From positions 1 to 32,000 of the forward strand of contig NZ_SJEE01000026.1 of the NCBI RefSeq assembly GCF_006937785.1: a DNA stretch of 32,000 nt, written 5' to 3'. The notes under the pieces are model-generated. The model searched no databases and had not been told where the DNA came from. It saw only the letters and a program-made list of their open reading frames with translations. The stretch's first letter is position 1, and each line of letters starts with the position of its first letter. This document shows, piece after piece, positions 1 through 9,400 of the stretch. The position numbers and the translations under genes were made by a program. The stretch is from Pseudanabaena sp. UWO311. GTDB lineage: Bacteria > Cyanobacteriota > Cyanobacteriia > Pseudanabaenales > Pseudanabaenaceae.

Positions 1-253
1 GGTTAGGGTGGGGTAAATTTTAAATAAAAAATCACATAAGAGTTACGGCTACAGTAAATAAACCTCAAGTTCGGGTCTGATTGTATAATTCCTATGATCC
101 TCAGTGTTCGTATTGCACTTTTTTTGGCGTTTTCAACTTTTCTTATAGTAATCATAGATAAAGATTGATGATTACCCCTATTTTCATTTAGAGATATCTT
201 TGCAATAATCATAGAAATTTAATTACGATCTTTTGTAAATAGATAGACTTAAT

Positions 254-2089
254 ATGATAAATAACTGGCTGGACACGATCTGGCTGATTCCCTGCTATTC
301 CCTGATAGGAGCAATGCTATCGATCATCTGGTTTCCCAGCATCACGCGCAAAACGGGACCCAGACCAGCAGGCTACATCAATATTTTCATGACTTTCTGC
401 TCATTAGTTCATGCGATCGTCGCTTTGACTGTAGCTTGGGGACAGCCAGCACATTTATTATCTTTTCCTTGGCTTACGGTCGGAGGACTAGACTTTACAA
501 TCGACCTACAGATTTCAGAAATCACTATTGGCGCAATCATCTTGGTCACTGGGATTAACCTGCTTGCCGAGATTTATGCGGTCGGTTACATGGAAATGGA
601 TTGGGGCTGGGGTCGCTTTTATGCGCTACTGGCACTTTTTGAAGCAGGGATGTGTTCCTTGGTTCTATGTGATTCCCTATTTTTCAGCTATGTCATTCTC
701 GAAATTTTGACCCTTGGAACTTATCTCCTTGTCGGTATTTGGTACAACCAATCACTGGTAGTAACTGGGGCGAGAGATGCTTTTTTGACTAAGCGAGTAG
801 GAGATTTATTCTTACTAGTAGGCGTAGTTGGTTTACTGCCCTTAGCTGGCTCTTGGAATTTTACGGAGCTAGCCGAATGGGCTCAGACTACAGATGTTAA
901 CCCAACGACGATAACCTTAGTCACCCTAGCCCTGATGGTTGGTCCGATGGGAAAATGCGCCCAATTCCCCTTACATCTTTGGCTAGATGAGGCGATGGAG
1001 GGGCCTTTACCAAGTACTGTGCTGCGGAATTCAGTAGTTGTCGCTACAGGTGCTTGGGTATTGATCAAACTTCAGCCTTTGTTTGCATTGTCACCTTTTA
1101 CTCAACAAGCAATTATTGCCGTTGGTTCAGCAACTGCATTAGGTGCAACGCTAATTGCGATTGGGCAGATTGACGTGAAACGCTCTCTGTCATATCTAAC
1201 CAGTGCCTTTATGGGACTAATCTTTATCTCCGTTGGTACTGGCAATACCCATAGTGCCTATATTTTGATTTTGTCCCATGCTTTAGCGATCTCGCTCTTG
1301 CTAATGTCAGTAGGCAGCATTATTTCCAACAACATTAGTCAAGATCTAACTTTGATGGGTGGGCTATGGAATCGCCGCCCGATTTCAGGAATCTGCTTTT
1401 TAGTGGGTGCGATCGGATTGATTGGATTGCCTCCATTGGGTGGATTCTGGGCTATGGTTGATTTGCTTAACTCTCTCTGGCAAGACAACCCTGCTTTAGC
1501 AGAATTGCTGCTATTAATTAATGGCTTGATTGCCTTCAGTCTTATGCGCGTATTTGGTCTGATTTGGGGAGGTAAACCCAAGCAGATGACGGAACGGTCC
1601 GTAGAGCCCCTATGGTTGATTGTCATACCAATGACCATAATGGCAGGTGTAGTATTGCATGTTCCTCAAATGCTAATCGCTTGGGGCGTTATTCCTAACT
1701 GGACGCAGATGCTTAGTCCTGATGCCCTGCTTCTAATCGGCTCAAGTGTTGCAGGGCTGGCTACAGGTGCATATCTCTATCTCAATCAGCAAGTTCCTAA
1801 GCCTGTAACTTTACCTTGGTTAGGCTTACAGAATTTCTTTGCCAATGATTTCTACACCCCAAAACTCTACAAGGTCACAATTGTGGGACTAGTAGATGGT
1901 GTATCGAAAGGGATGTACTGGTTCGATCGCTTTTTTGTCGATGGAGTAGGCAATTTCTTTGGATTAGCGACTCTGTTTAGTGGTCAAAATCTCCGCTACA
2001 GCACCTTTGGTCAGTTACAGCTCTATACACTGACGATTATGGTCGGCATTGGCGTTCTACTTTTATTACTGTTCAATTGGACTCTCTAA
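254..2089 (+). CDS. ndhF3: NAD(P)H-quinone oxidoreductase subunit F, CO2-uptake paralogue (NdhF3, NDH-1MS)
   Basis: 611-aa polytopic ORF with NuoL/NdhF antiporter-type motifs (KCAQFPLHLWLDEAMEGPLPSTV). It is the first gene in the conserved order ndhF3-ndhD3-cupA-cupS. Confidence 0.9.
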   Translation: MINNWLDTIWLIPCYSLIGAMLSIIWFPSITRKTGPRPAGYINIFMTFCSLVHAIVALTVAWGQPAHLLSFPWLTVGGLDFTIDLQISEITIGAIILVTGINLLAEIYAVGYMEMDWGWGRFYALLALFEAGMCSLVLCDSLFFSYVILEILTLGTYLLVGIWYNQSLVVTGARDAFLTKRVGDLFLLVGVVGLLPLAGSWNFTELAEWAQTTDVNPTTITLVTLALMVGPMGKCAQFPLHLWLDEAMEGPLPSTVLRNSVVVATGAWVLIKLQPLFALSPFTQQAIIAVGSATALGATLIAIGQIDVKRSLSYLTSAFMGLIFISVGTGNTHSAYILILSHALAISLLLMSVGSIISNNISQDLTLMGGLWNRRPISGICFLVGAIGLIGLPPLGGFWAMVDLLNSLWQDNPALAELLLLINGLIAFSLMRVFGLIWGGKPKQMTERSVEPLWLIVIPMTIMAGVVLHVPQMLIAWGVIPNWTQMLSPDALLLIGSSVAGLATGAYLYLNQQVPKPVTLPWLGLQNFFANDFYTPKLYKVTIVGLVDGVSKGMYWFDRFFVDGVGNFFGLATLFSGQNLRYSTFGQLQLYTLTIMVGIGVLLLLLFNWTL

Positions 2090-2095
2090 GCAAAG

Positions 2096-2227
2096 CCATT
2101 TAAGAATTTATTTAGATCCCCCCCAGCCCCCCTTAAAAAGGGGGGAGAATCAATTCTTCCCCCTTTTTAAGGGGGATTGAGGGAGATCTCTTAGACCTTT
2201 TAACCTTAGAAAGTAATTCTTAAATGG
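2096..2227. repeat. MITE-like nested palindromic element in the ndhF3-ndhD3 spacer
   Basis: 13-bp terminal inverted repeats: ccatttaagaatt (2096-2108) and aattcttaaatgg (2215-2227). They enclose two G/C-clamped hairpins, ccccccttaaaaagggggg (2127-2145) and ccccctttttaaggggg (2159-2175), which are near reverse complements of each other. The end sequences recur at 25595-25626. Confidence 0.7.
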
Positions 2228-2263
2228 TTTCTAAATCTGAATCTCTACTTTAGGAATAACACT

Positions 2264-3787
2264 ATGCTCAGCGCTCTAATTTGGTTGCCTGTGATCGGGG
2301 CATTAGCGATCGCCTTTCTCCCGCAAAGTCAAGTTAAAAAAGGATCGGCAATTGTTGCAACGGCGATCTTAATTCTTGATTTCATCCTTTTGCGACAATT
2401 CGATATCAAGATTTCGGGTTTCCAATTAACAGAAAATTTGCCTTGGCTAGAAAATCTTGGCTTAAACTACAGCCTTGGCGTTGATGGGCTATCTTTACCA
2501 CTAGTGGTTCTAAATGGGTTGCTCACTTGGTTGATCGTTTGTTTTTGCGATCGGCAGATCAAAGAACGCAATACACTCTTTCATGTATTAATGCTCTTGA
2601 TTCATGCTGGTGTAAGTGGCGCAATTCTCTCCACCAATACGCTGCTATTTGTGCTGTTTTATGAAATAGAGTTAATTCCTCTCTATTTAGTCATCGCAGT
2701 TTGGGGTGGCGGACAACGTAGTTACGCGGCGATGAAGTTCTTGATCTTCACTGCTATTTCAGGGATTCTCGTTTTAGTCGGATTCCTAGCTTTAGGATGG
2801 CTATCGGCAAATCCTACGCCAGTTTTTGACTATGCGACATTACAAACTCTTTCGTTACCGATTGAGATTCAAGTCACTCTCCTAGTGGTATTGCTACTAG
2901 GCTTTACGATTAAAGCTCCTTTCGTACCATTCCACACATGGCTACCCGATGCCTATGTAGAATCGACAACCCCAACGGTAATGATGCTCGGAGGCATTGT
3001 TGCTAAATTAGGAACCTACGGTTTGTTTCGCTTTTGTGTCGGTTTATTCCCCGATGCTTGGGCTTTACTATCACCTTGGATTGCAGTTTGGGCAGGCTTA
3101 GGAATTCTCTATGGCGCAATGGTTGCGATCGCGCAAAAGGACATCAAACGCATGGTTGCCTATAGCTCCATCGGTCACATGAGCTACATTCTCCTTGCTG
3201 CTGCTGCTGCCACACCTCTAAGCATGGTCGGCGGGATCATTCAAATGGTAAGTCATGGCTTAGTTCTATCACTGCTGTTCTATTTAGTCGGCGTGATTGA
3301 AGAAAAAGTTGGTACAAGAGATCTCGATGTTCTGAATGGCTTACTTAATCCCATACGCGGTTTGCCTTCTACCAGTGCATTGCTAATCTTAGGTGGTATG
3401 GCAAGCGCGGGTATTCCTGGGCTGATTGGATTCATCTCAGAGTTTCTGATTTTCCAAGGTAGTTTTAGCAAGTTCCCTATCCCCACGATCTTATCGATGA
3501 TCGGTACAGGGCTTACAGCTGTTTATTTCGTAATTCTGCTCAATCGTACTTGCTTTGGTAAATTGGATAATCACACCGCTTACTACCCTAAAGTTTCAGG
3601 TATTGAGCAGTTGCCAGCACTGATTTTGACTGCATTAATTGTGATTTTAGGAGTGCAACCATCTTGGTTAGTGCGTTGGAGTGAAGTAAGTGCCGTTCAG
3701 ATCATCGCTCGTGTTCCTGACACAGCGATTGTAGCTAGTACAAGTCTCATCAATGAAGACAGCAACTCTTTAACTGATCGCAATTAG
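2264..3787 (+). CDS. ndhD3: NAD(P)H-quinone oxidoreductase subunit D, CO2-uptake paralogue (NdhD3)
   Basis: 507-aa polytopic NuoM/NdhD-like ORF (FVPFHTWLPDAYVESTTPTVMMLGG) located between ndhF3 and cupA. Confidence 0.9.
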   Translation: MLSALIWLPVIGALAIAFLPQSQVKKGSAIVATAILILDFILLRQFDIKISGFQLTENLPWLENLGLNYSLGVDGLSLPLVVLNGLLTWLIVCFCDRQIKERNTLFHVLMLLIHAGVSGAILSTNTLLFVLFYEIELIPLYLVIAVWGGGQRSYAAMKFLIFTAISGILVLVGFLALGWLSANPTPVFDYATLQTLSLPIEIQVTLLVVLLLGFTIKAPFVPFHTWLPDAYVESTTPTVMMLGGIVAKLGTYGLFRFCVGLFPDAWALLSPWIAVWAGLGILYGAMVAIAQKDIKRMVAYSSIGHMSYILLAAAAATPLSMVGGIIQMVSHGLVLSLLFYLVGVIEEKVGTRDLDVLNGLLNPIRGLPSTSALLILGGMASAGIPGLIGFISEFLIFQGSFSKFPIPTILSMIGTGLTAVYFVILLNRTCFGKLDNHTAYYPKVSGIEQLPALILTALIVILGVQPSWLVRWSEVSAVQIIARVPDTAIVASTSLINEDSNSLTDRN

Positions 3788-3875
3788 TGCGATTTATGAA
3801 GATGTCGATTTATTAGCAGCAAGTTCAGAAGCAATTTTAGAATCAACCATTTAGATATATAAAAGGTAATCAACG

Positions 3876-5192
3876 ATGACAGCTACTTTAACGGAACCCA
3901 CAACCAAGCTACCGCCTTCCACCCATCCCTACGCAGAAGTCATTCATCGCCTCGAAGCAGGTGGCTCAATGCTGCCAGATACGCCCGAAAATCTCATGCA
4001 GATTATCGGACTTTACAAAGCATATGCTGTACCGATGGACTTCTATTGGCGGGATTTACTATACATAGCTGAACAAGTATTTTTAGAGCCAATTCCTGCC
4101 TTTAAATATTTTCTTCCCCAAGAATATTTAGATTTGCCTAATCACTATGCTGGCGATACTGCTGATTTGCGGTTTTGGCGAGGCGAAGCGACGGCTCATC
4201 CAGAATTATTAGAATTCATGGATAAGGGAGAACTCAAAGCCAAAATTCCCAAGATTTTTCATCATCTCTATCACGATCGCATCAATATGGAGTTTGCGGA
4301 AGAATGTATGCGCGCAATGCTCTGGCATCGAGGCATGGGCGGCGAGTTAGAGCCTTACATGGATTCTGAAGAATATAAGCAGAATGCCGATCGCGCCATT
4401 CGGGCTTTCTTTAAAAATAATCCAGTGATGTTGGGATTATACAAACTTTTTCCTGATATGTTCATGGAGCAATGTCGCCAATCAACCATGACTTCGGTGC
4501 TTGGGCTATTTTGGGAAATCATGGCTCCCGTGTTCTTTGAGATGTCGGATATTTACGATGAAGGTGGCTTTAAGGGCGTGCCTGATGCGATGGATTTCTT
4601 GGTAAATGGCATCTTTGCGATCGCGGGTCGTCCCATTTATCACCGCGTGAAGATTGGCGATGAATGGATTGATATTGTCCCCAAATCCAAGGGATTTACT
4701 TGGCTCTATGAGGCAGCCTTCCCCTATGTCGAGGCAGTGTTTTACCGCACTTCCCCATTCCGTGGTACGAAGTCTTACAATGCTCAAGCTCACGAAGTGC
4801 CTAACGATCAGAATGATTTTCACTTTGGAATTTTGTACGCGGATAAGTTCCCTGTGGGCTCCGCAGGTATTCCGCCCACATTGCTGCATCAAGACATGTA
4901 CCACTTCTTGCCGCAATATCTGATTGACTATTACAAACAACATTGTCGCGGTGAAGATGACATGCTAATTCAGTTAGCTGTCAGTTTTCAGCGATCGATG
5001 TACAACGTGACTTCGGCAGTAATTCAGGCGGGAAGAGCGGCGTTGCTTTATCCCTTAGATGATCCTAATCCTAAACATCTTTTGGCAAATCGTCATTATT
5101 TTGAAGGACAACTGAATCGATTCTGTAATCCTAAATATGGCATGGATAAAGCTGCCAGAATAGGGATGGTTCAGGATCAAAATTATCGGTAG
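3876..5192 (+). CDS. cupA: CO2 hydration protein CupA/ChpY of NDH-1MS
   Basis: 438-aa soluble ORF. The N-terminal HRLEAGGSMLPDTPENLMQIIGLYKAY region is typical of CupA/ChpY, and the gene follows ndhD3. Confidence 0.9.
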   Translation: MTATLTEPTTKLPPSTHPYAEVIHRLEAGGSMLPDTPENLMQIIGLYKAYAVPMDFYWRDLLYIAEQVFLEPIPAFKYFLPQEYLDLPNHYAGDTADLRFWRGEATAHPELLEFMDKGELKAKIPKIFHHLYHDRINMEFAEECMRAMLWHRGMGGELEPYMDSEEYKQNADRAIRAFFKNNPVMLGLYKLFPDMFMEQCRQSTMTSVLGLFWEIMAPVFFEMSDIYDEGGFKGVPDAMDFLVNGIFAIAGRPIYHRVKIGDEWIDIVPKSKGFTWLYEAAFPYVEAVFYRTSPFRGTKSYNAQAHEVPNDQNDFHFGILYADKFPVGSAGIPPTLLHQDMYHFLPQYLIDYYKQHCRGEDDMLIQLAVSFQRSMYNVTSAVIQAGRAALLYPLDDPNPKHLLANRHYFEGQLNRFCNPKYGMDKAARIGMVQDQNYR

Positions 5193-5193
5193 A

Positions 5194-5333
5194 ACTTACA
5201 CAAAACAAGCCAAGAACTCAAGTTCTTGGCTAAAAGCTCAAGTCCACTGAAGTGGACTACAAAATACTGTCAAGCAACCCGTTGCAAAAGGTTTAAGCTT
5301 TTAGCCCACACTTGAGTGCAGGGCAGTGTAAGT
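5194..5333. repeat. Structured spacer of nested inverted repeats between cupA and cupS
   Basis: Outer arms acttacac (5194-5201) and gtgtaagt (5326-5333). Long-range arms ggctaaaagctcaagt (5228-5243) against aagcttttagcc/acttgag (5295-5316). Local hairpins at 5209-5230, 5241-5258 and 5274-5285. Confidence 0.55.
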
Positions 5334-5372
5334 CATAAGTTGTTAAAAAGTAATTAATAAAAGGAATTAAAT

Positions 5373-5825
5373 ATGGCCACAATTGTTGATATTGCTGTTA
5401 GTAACGAAGCATTCACCACACTCGTCACCGCTGTATCGGCTGCGAGCTTAGTGGAAGCATTACAAAGCCCAGGTCCTTTTACCGTATTTGCACCTACTAA
5501 TGATGCTTTTGCCAAATTACCTGATGGAACAATCACCACATTAGTTCAGAATATTCCTCAACTAGCAAGGATTCTGACATTCCATGTTGTTTCAGGAAAA
5601 TACAAAAAAGAAGATTTAATCGGTGTCAAATCGTTGATTTCTTTAGAAGGCACACAAATTGATATTGATGTCTCCGAAGAAAGCTTCGAGGCAAATAATG
5701 CCACGGTGATAGCTGCTGATATTGAAGCTGAGAATGGCGTGATTCATGTAATCGATAACGTCATGCTGATGCGTCCTCATTGGTTTTATCCAATTATGGA
5801 ATCTGGCAAAGTCGGTGTTGTGTAA
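5373..5825 (+). CDS. cupS: Fasciclin (FAS1) domain protein in the CupS position of the NDH-1MS operon
   Basis: FAS1 motifs ([27 protein letters not shown]) and no signal peptide. It lies directly after cupA. From memory, the Synechocystis cupS gene (sll1735) is annotated as MPB70/fasciclin-like. Confidence 0.65.
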   Translation: MATIVDIAVSNEAFTTLVTAVSAASLVEALQSPGPFTVFAPTNDAFAKLPDGTITTLVQNIPQLARILTFHVVSGKYKKEDLIGVKSLISLEGTQIDIDVSEESFEANNATVIAADIEAENGVIHVIDNVMLMRPHWFYPIMESGKVGVV

Positions 5826-5830
5826 TCACA

Positions 5831-5875
5831 AAAAAGCGTTAAAGATCCTGCCGTGCAGGATCTTTAACGCTTTTT
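5831..5875 (+). terminator. Intrinsic terminator after cupS
   Basis: Perfect 21-bp stem: aaaaagcgttaaagatcctgc, loop cgt, gcaggatctttaacgcttttt. It ends in a T run 5 nt after the stop codon. Confidence 0.8.
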
Positions 5876-5914
5876 TATATTGAACTTTTTTCTTTCTTTA
5901 TCAAAAAAATATTT

Positions 5915-8731
5915 ATGTTTGGACAGCTATCTGAACGGCGAATGCATTTGATTCGCTGGATTTTAACGATCGCATGGTTACTGATCATCGCGTCATTATT
6001 TTACGATCCTTGGACTCCTCAATTTACAGTCTCCAATCATCCTTGGAGTCCATTAAGGTTAACTGATAGTTGTATCTCGGTACAAGGTAACTGCTTAGTA
6101 GAACAGCCCTATGCCCTAGGTACAACTATATTCTGGGGTGCGGTTGTCCCTGCGGCGATTTTCATTTTGTTGGTGTTTGGGCATGAGTTATGGCGGCGGA
6201 TTTGTCCGCTCTCATTTTTATCACAAATCCCTCGCGCCTTGGGTTGGCAGCGTCAATTTAAACGCGAAAATGCCAAAACTGGCAAGGTTCGCTATGAGTT
6301 AGCCAAAGTAAAGCCCGACTCTTGGCTAGGAAAAAACTATCCCTATGTGCAGTTTGGCTGGCTATTCGCAGGGCTATGCGGTCGGATTTTATTTTTTAAT
6401 GCCGATCGCTTGGTGCTGGCTCTATGGATATTGACGACGATTGCTGCTGCGATCGCAGTTGGTTATCTTTATGGCGGTAAGTCTTGGTGCAATTACTTCT
6501 GTCCGATGGCTCCCGTACAGCGCGTTTACAGTGAACCAGGGGGACTATTTAGCAGCAGTGCTCACACTAGCGATCAGTTGATTACGCAATCGATGTGTCG
6601 AACTGTAATGCCCGATGGCAAAGAGCAAAGTGCCTGTGTGGCTTGTCAAAATCCTTGCTTGGATATCGACTCTGAGCGGGTGTATTGGGATGGCTTGAGC
6701 AAACCTGAAGAATCATTTCTGAGATATGGCTATGTCGGTTTAGTGACTGGCTATTTTGTCTATTACTATCTCTATGCAGGTAATTGGGACTATTATTTCT
6801 CTGGTGCATGGGCAAGGCAAACTGACCAATTGGCAACCTTGTTTAGTGCAGGGTTCTATCTATTTGGACAGGCGGTTAATATTCCTAAATTAATTGCTGT
6901 ACCTTTAACGCTGGGCATTTTTACCGCAGTTGGTTATTTCTTAGGTCGCTGGATTGAAAAGAGGATCAGGATTTACAGCGGCGATCGCCATCTCAAGCTA
7001 TCTAGGGAAGTCATTCGTCATCGTATTTTTACTATTTGTACATTTACAATTTTCAACTTCTTCTTTATTTTTGGCGGTCGTCCGTTAGTCGCTTTGATGC
7101 CACTTTGGGGCCAATACATCTATGATTTGGGATTAGTTCTGCTCAGTACGCTTTGGGTGTATAAAACTTGGCAGCGTAGCCCCGACCTCTATTCACGGGA
7201 GAATTTAGCCAGTCGCTTCCGTAAGCAATTAGAGAAGTTGCAACTTAATGTTTCCCAGTTTTTAGAAGGGCGATCGCTCAGCGATTTGAATACCCATGAA
7301 GTTTATATCTTGGCAAAGGTTTTGCCTAGCTTCACTAGAGAAAAGCGCCACACTGCCTATAAAGGAGTGGTGCGTGAAGCCTTGGAAGAAGGATATGTCG
7401 ATTCTTCCAGCAGTTTAGAGGTCTTGCAACAATTACGTCAGGAACTTGGCATTACTGATGATGAACACCGTGAAGTACTAGAAGAACTAGGCATTGAAGA
7501 TCCACAGTTGCTAAACCCTGATCATAAACGTAGTTTAGAAAATCAAATTCGCTTGACGGGCTATCGCAAATCAATGGAGCGATTGATGCTATTGCAAAAG
7601 CAACAGTTTGATAACTCTTCCGATACTTTACTTGAGCAGAACTCAGCTCAAGTACGAGCCTTACGCCGCCAATATGCGATTAATCCGCAGGAAGAAGCTT
7701 GGATTTTGGATGGCATTTCTCCAGAATCGGGAAACCTGCGTAGAGCCGAGTTTTTAGTCGCCCAGTTACCATCTTTGATTTTCTGTTATCGAGCTTTACA
7801 TCAGCCGATCATTCAAGAACATCAGACTGTACTGAGACTTTTGTGGGATAGCATTACTCACAAAAAGGAATTAATTGTGCGGACTATTTTAGGAACTCTG
7901 GAGACTTTCCCAAATGATGCCGATGCGATCGCAGTTGCTCAACAGTTAGGACAATTAGCACCATCAGTTTTGGTGGAAGCCTTAGAATCTGAGAGCTGGA
8001 GCGATCGCTTATCTCCAGAAATCCTGCAATGTTTACATCCATCGCAGGGACAAGCAACTGTCTGTCAGCTCGATTATTCTATTGAGGAGATTTTGCGATC
8101 GCTAGAGCCTTTACTGGATGATCAAAATCCTTTGATGCAAGCTGCTTGTTTGTATATCACCGCCCAACTGAATCTTGAGCAAAGTAAGGCGATCGCTCGT
8201 AATTACAGTCTGCAAACTTCGATCTTAGTGCAGGAGACCGCCAAGATCGTACTCTCACTGTCTGATAGTTCCCCACCGCTCACAGCATTTCCGATGTTAG
8301 AGAAAGTAGCGCATCTCTTTAATAGCGATTTCTTCCATCGGATGCATGGTGAAACGTTGGTAGGGCTTGCCGATCGCGCTGAGGTGAGAGCATTTACGAC
8401 GAATGAGGTGATTACGGAAGCAGGTGATACTTGTCGTGAGTTGTTGCTGGTAATCACTGGCTCAGCGAAGATTAATTTCTATTCTCAGGGTGAGGTAGTG
8501 CGTGTTGAGCATCTGAAGTCTGGACAAACCCTAGATGAGCTAGAGGTTTTAGCCCATAGTGATTCTCAAAATACAATCATTGCAGATAGTGAAATCACGC
8601 GAATTTTGGCGGTTCCTGTTGATGCCTTTGATGCTTTTCTCGATCGCGATCGCGATTTTGCCCGTCGTGTTCTCGAACTAGAAAGCCGTCAATTGCAAAA
8701 ATTTATGCGATCGTTCCAGACTACAAGATAA
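5915..8731 (+). CDS. Multidomain membrane protein: NapH/polyferredoxin-like Cys-motif membrane domain, helical HEAT-like region, C-terminal cyclic-nucleotide-binding (CAP_ED) domain
   Basis: The N-terminal TM segments carry RRICPLSFLSQ, WCNYFCPMAPVQ and ACVACQNPCLDID cysteine motifs. The C-terminus has a cNMP-binding beta-roll pattern (FTTNEVITEAGDTCRELLLVITGSAKI...SGQTLDELEVL). Confidence 0.6.
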   Translation: MFGQLSERRMHLIRWILTIAWLLIIASLFYDPWTPQFTVSNHPWSPLRLTDSCISVQGNCLVEQPYALGTTIFWGAVVPAAIFILLVFGHELWRRICPLSFLSQIPRALGWQRQFKRENAKTGKVRYELAKVKPDSWLGKNYPYVQFGWLFAGLCGRILFFNADRLVLALWILTTIAAAIAVGYLYGGKSWCNYFCPMAPVQRVYSEPGGLFSSSAHTSDQLITQSMCRTVMPDGKEQSACVACQNPCLDIDSERVYWDGLSKPEESFLRYGYVGLVTGYFVYYYLYAGNWDYYFSGAWARQTDQLATLFSAGFYLFGQAVNIPKLIAVPLTLGIFTAVGYFLGRWIEKRIRIYSGDRHLKLSREVIRHRIFTICTFTIFNFFFIFGGRPLVALMPLWGQYIYDLGLVLLSTLWVYKTWQRSPDLYSRENLASRFRKQLEKLQLNVSQFLEGRSLSDLNTHEVYILAKVLPSFTREKRHTAYKGVVREALEEGYVDSSSSLEVLQQLRQELGITDDEHREVLEELGIEDPQLLNPDHKRSLENQIRLTGYRKSMERLMLLQKQQFDNSSDTLLEQNSAQVRALRRQYAINPQEEAWILDGISPESGNLRRAEFLVAQLPSLIFCYRALHQPIIQEHQTVLRLLWDSITHKKELIVRTILGTLETFPNDADAIAVAQQLGQLAPSVLVEALESESWSDRLSPEILQCLHPSQGQATVCQLDYSIEEILRSLEPLLDDQNPLMQAACLYITAQLNLEQSKAIARNYSLQTSILVQETAKIVLSLSDSSPPLTAFPMLEKVAHLFNSDFFHRMHGETLVGLADRAEVRAFTTNEVITEAGDTCRELLLVITGSAKINFYSQGEVVRVEHLKSGQTLDELEVLAHSDSQNTIIADSEITRILAVPVDAFDAFLDRDRDFARRVLELESRQLQKFMRSFQTTR

Positions 8732-8783
8732 AGCAGAAATGTTTTATGGCGCGCCTTTACCGCGCCATAAAACATTTCTGCTT
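8731..8783 (+). terminator. Long perfect hairpin terminator
   Basis: 23-bp perfect stem aagcagaaatgttttatggcgcg / cgcgccataaaacatttctgctt with loop cctttac. It starts in the stop codon of the 5915-8731 gene. Confidence 0.75.
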
Positions 8784-8872
8784 TAAGGCAATTAAGTTTA
8801 GCGATCGCTCAATTCCTAGAGATGAAGTTTGTTGATATAAAATAGAAATATTGGCAAATCTGTGATCGAAGT

Positions 8873-9397
8873 ATGGATGCAATTACGACTATTTTTGTGG
8901 CAGCGATCAAAATTATTGTTGATTCTGGAGTATTGAGTAGAGTTAGTGATGGAGCAACGACTAAGATTGGTGAAAATATTACTGATGGGGTTGGTAATAT
9001 TTCACAGAGATTATGGGCAATGCTAAAGCGGAAATCTCCTAACACTGATACGGTAAAGAAACTTGGTAAAGGGCAAGAGATTGATTACCAGCAGGCAGTG
9101 ATTGATGTCGAGGCGATCGCGGATGATCCTGATGTGGTGAAATTATTGGATGAGGTGCGATCGCTTTTGGAAAGTAATCAAGAGCTAGCAGCTAGGGTTG
9201 AAGAGTTGGCGGCACAGGCTATAATTGCGCCTAAAATTGTACAAGTGATGGCTAGTGATATTGAGGGCGTAAACCTTCGAGCAAAATCAATGAAGCAAAC
9301 AGCGCCATCTGGCAGTAGCTCAGTTGAGCAGACGATGCTAAAGAATGTCAAAGTAACGGATGATATCGATTTGGGTGATTTAACTCAGGAGGCTTAG
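8873..9397 (+). CDS. Hypothetical 174-aa protein: hydrophobic N-terminal helix, acidic coiled-coil middle, C-terminal pseudo-repeat motif. First gene of the NLR-like module.
   Basis: ORF begins MDAITTIFVAAIKIIVDSGVL. The middle region reads VVKLLDEVRSLLESNQELAARVEELAAQ, and the tail reads NVKVTDDIDLGDLTQEA. Its stop is 3 nt from the next start codon. Confidence 0.6.
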   Translation: MDAITTIFVAAIKIIVDSGVLSRVSDGATTKIGENITDGVGNISQRLWAMLKRKSPNTDTVKKLGKGQEIDYQQAVIDVEAIADDPDVVKLLDEVRSLLESNQELAARVEELAAQAIIAPKIVQVMASDIEGVNLRAKSMKQTAPSGSSSVEQTMLKNVKVTDDIDLGDLTQEA

Positions 9398-9400
9398 GCG

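Noticed and set aside
3-212. 69-aa minus-strand ORF at the window edge
   Set aside because: It lies in the AT-rich presumed promoter region of ndhF3, has no motifs, and its composition is typical of non-coding DNA.
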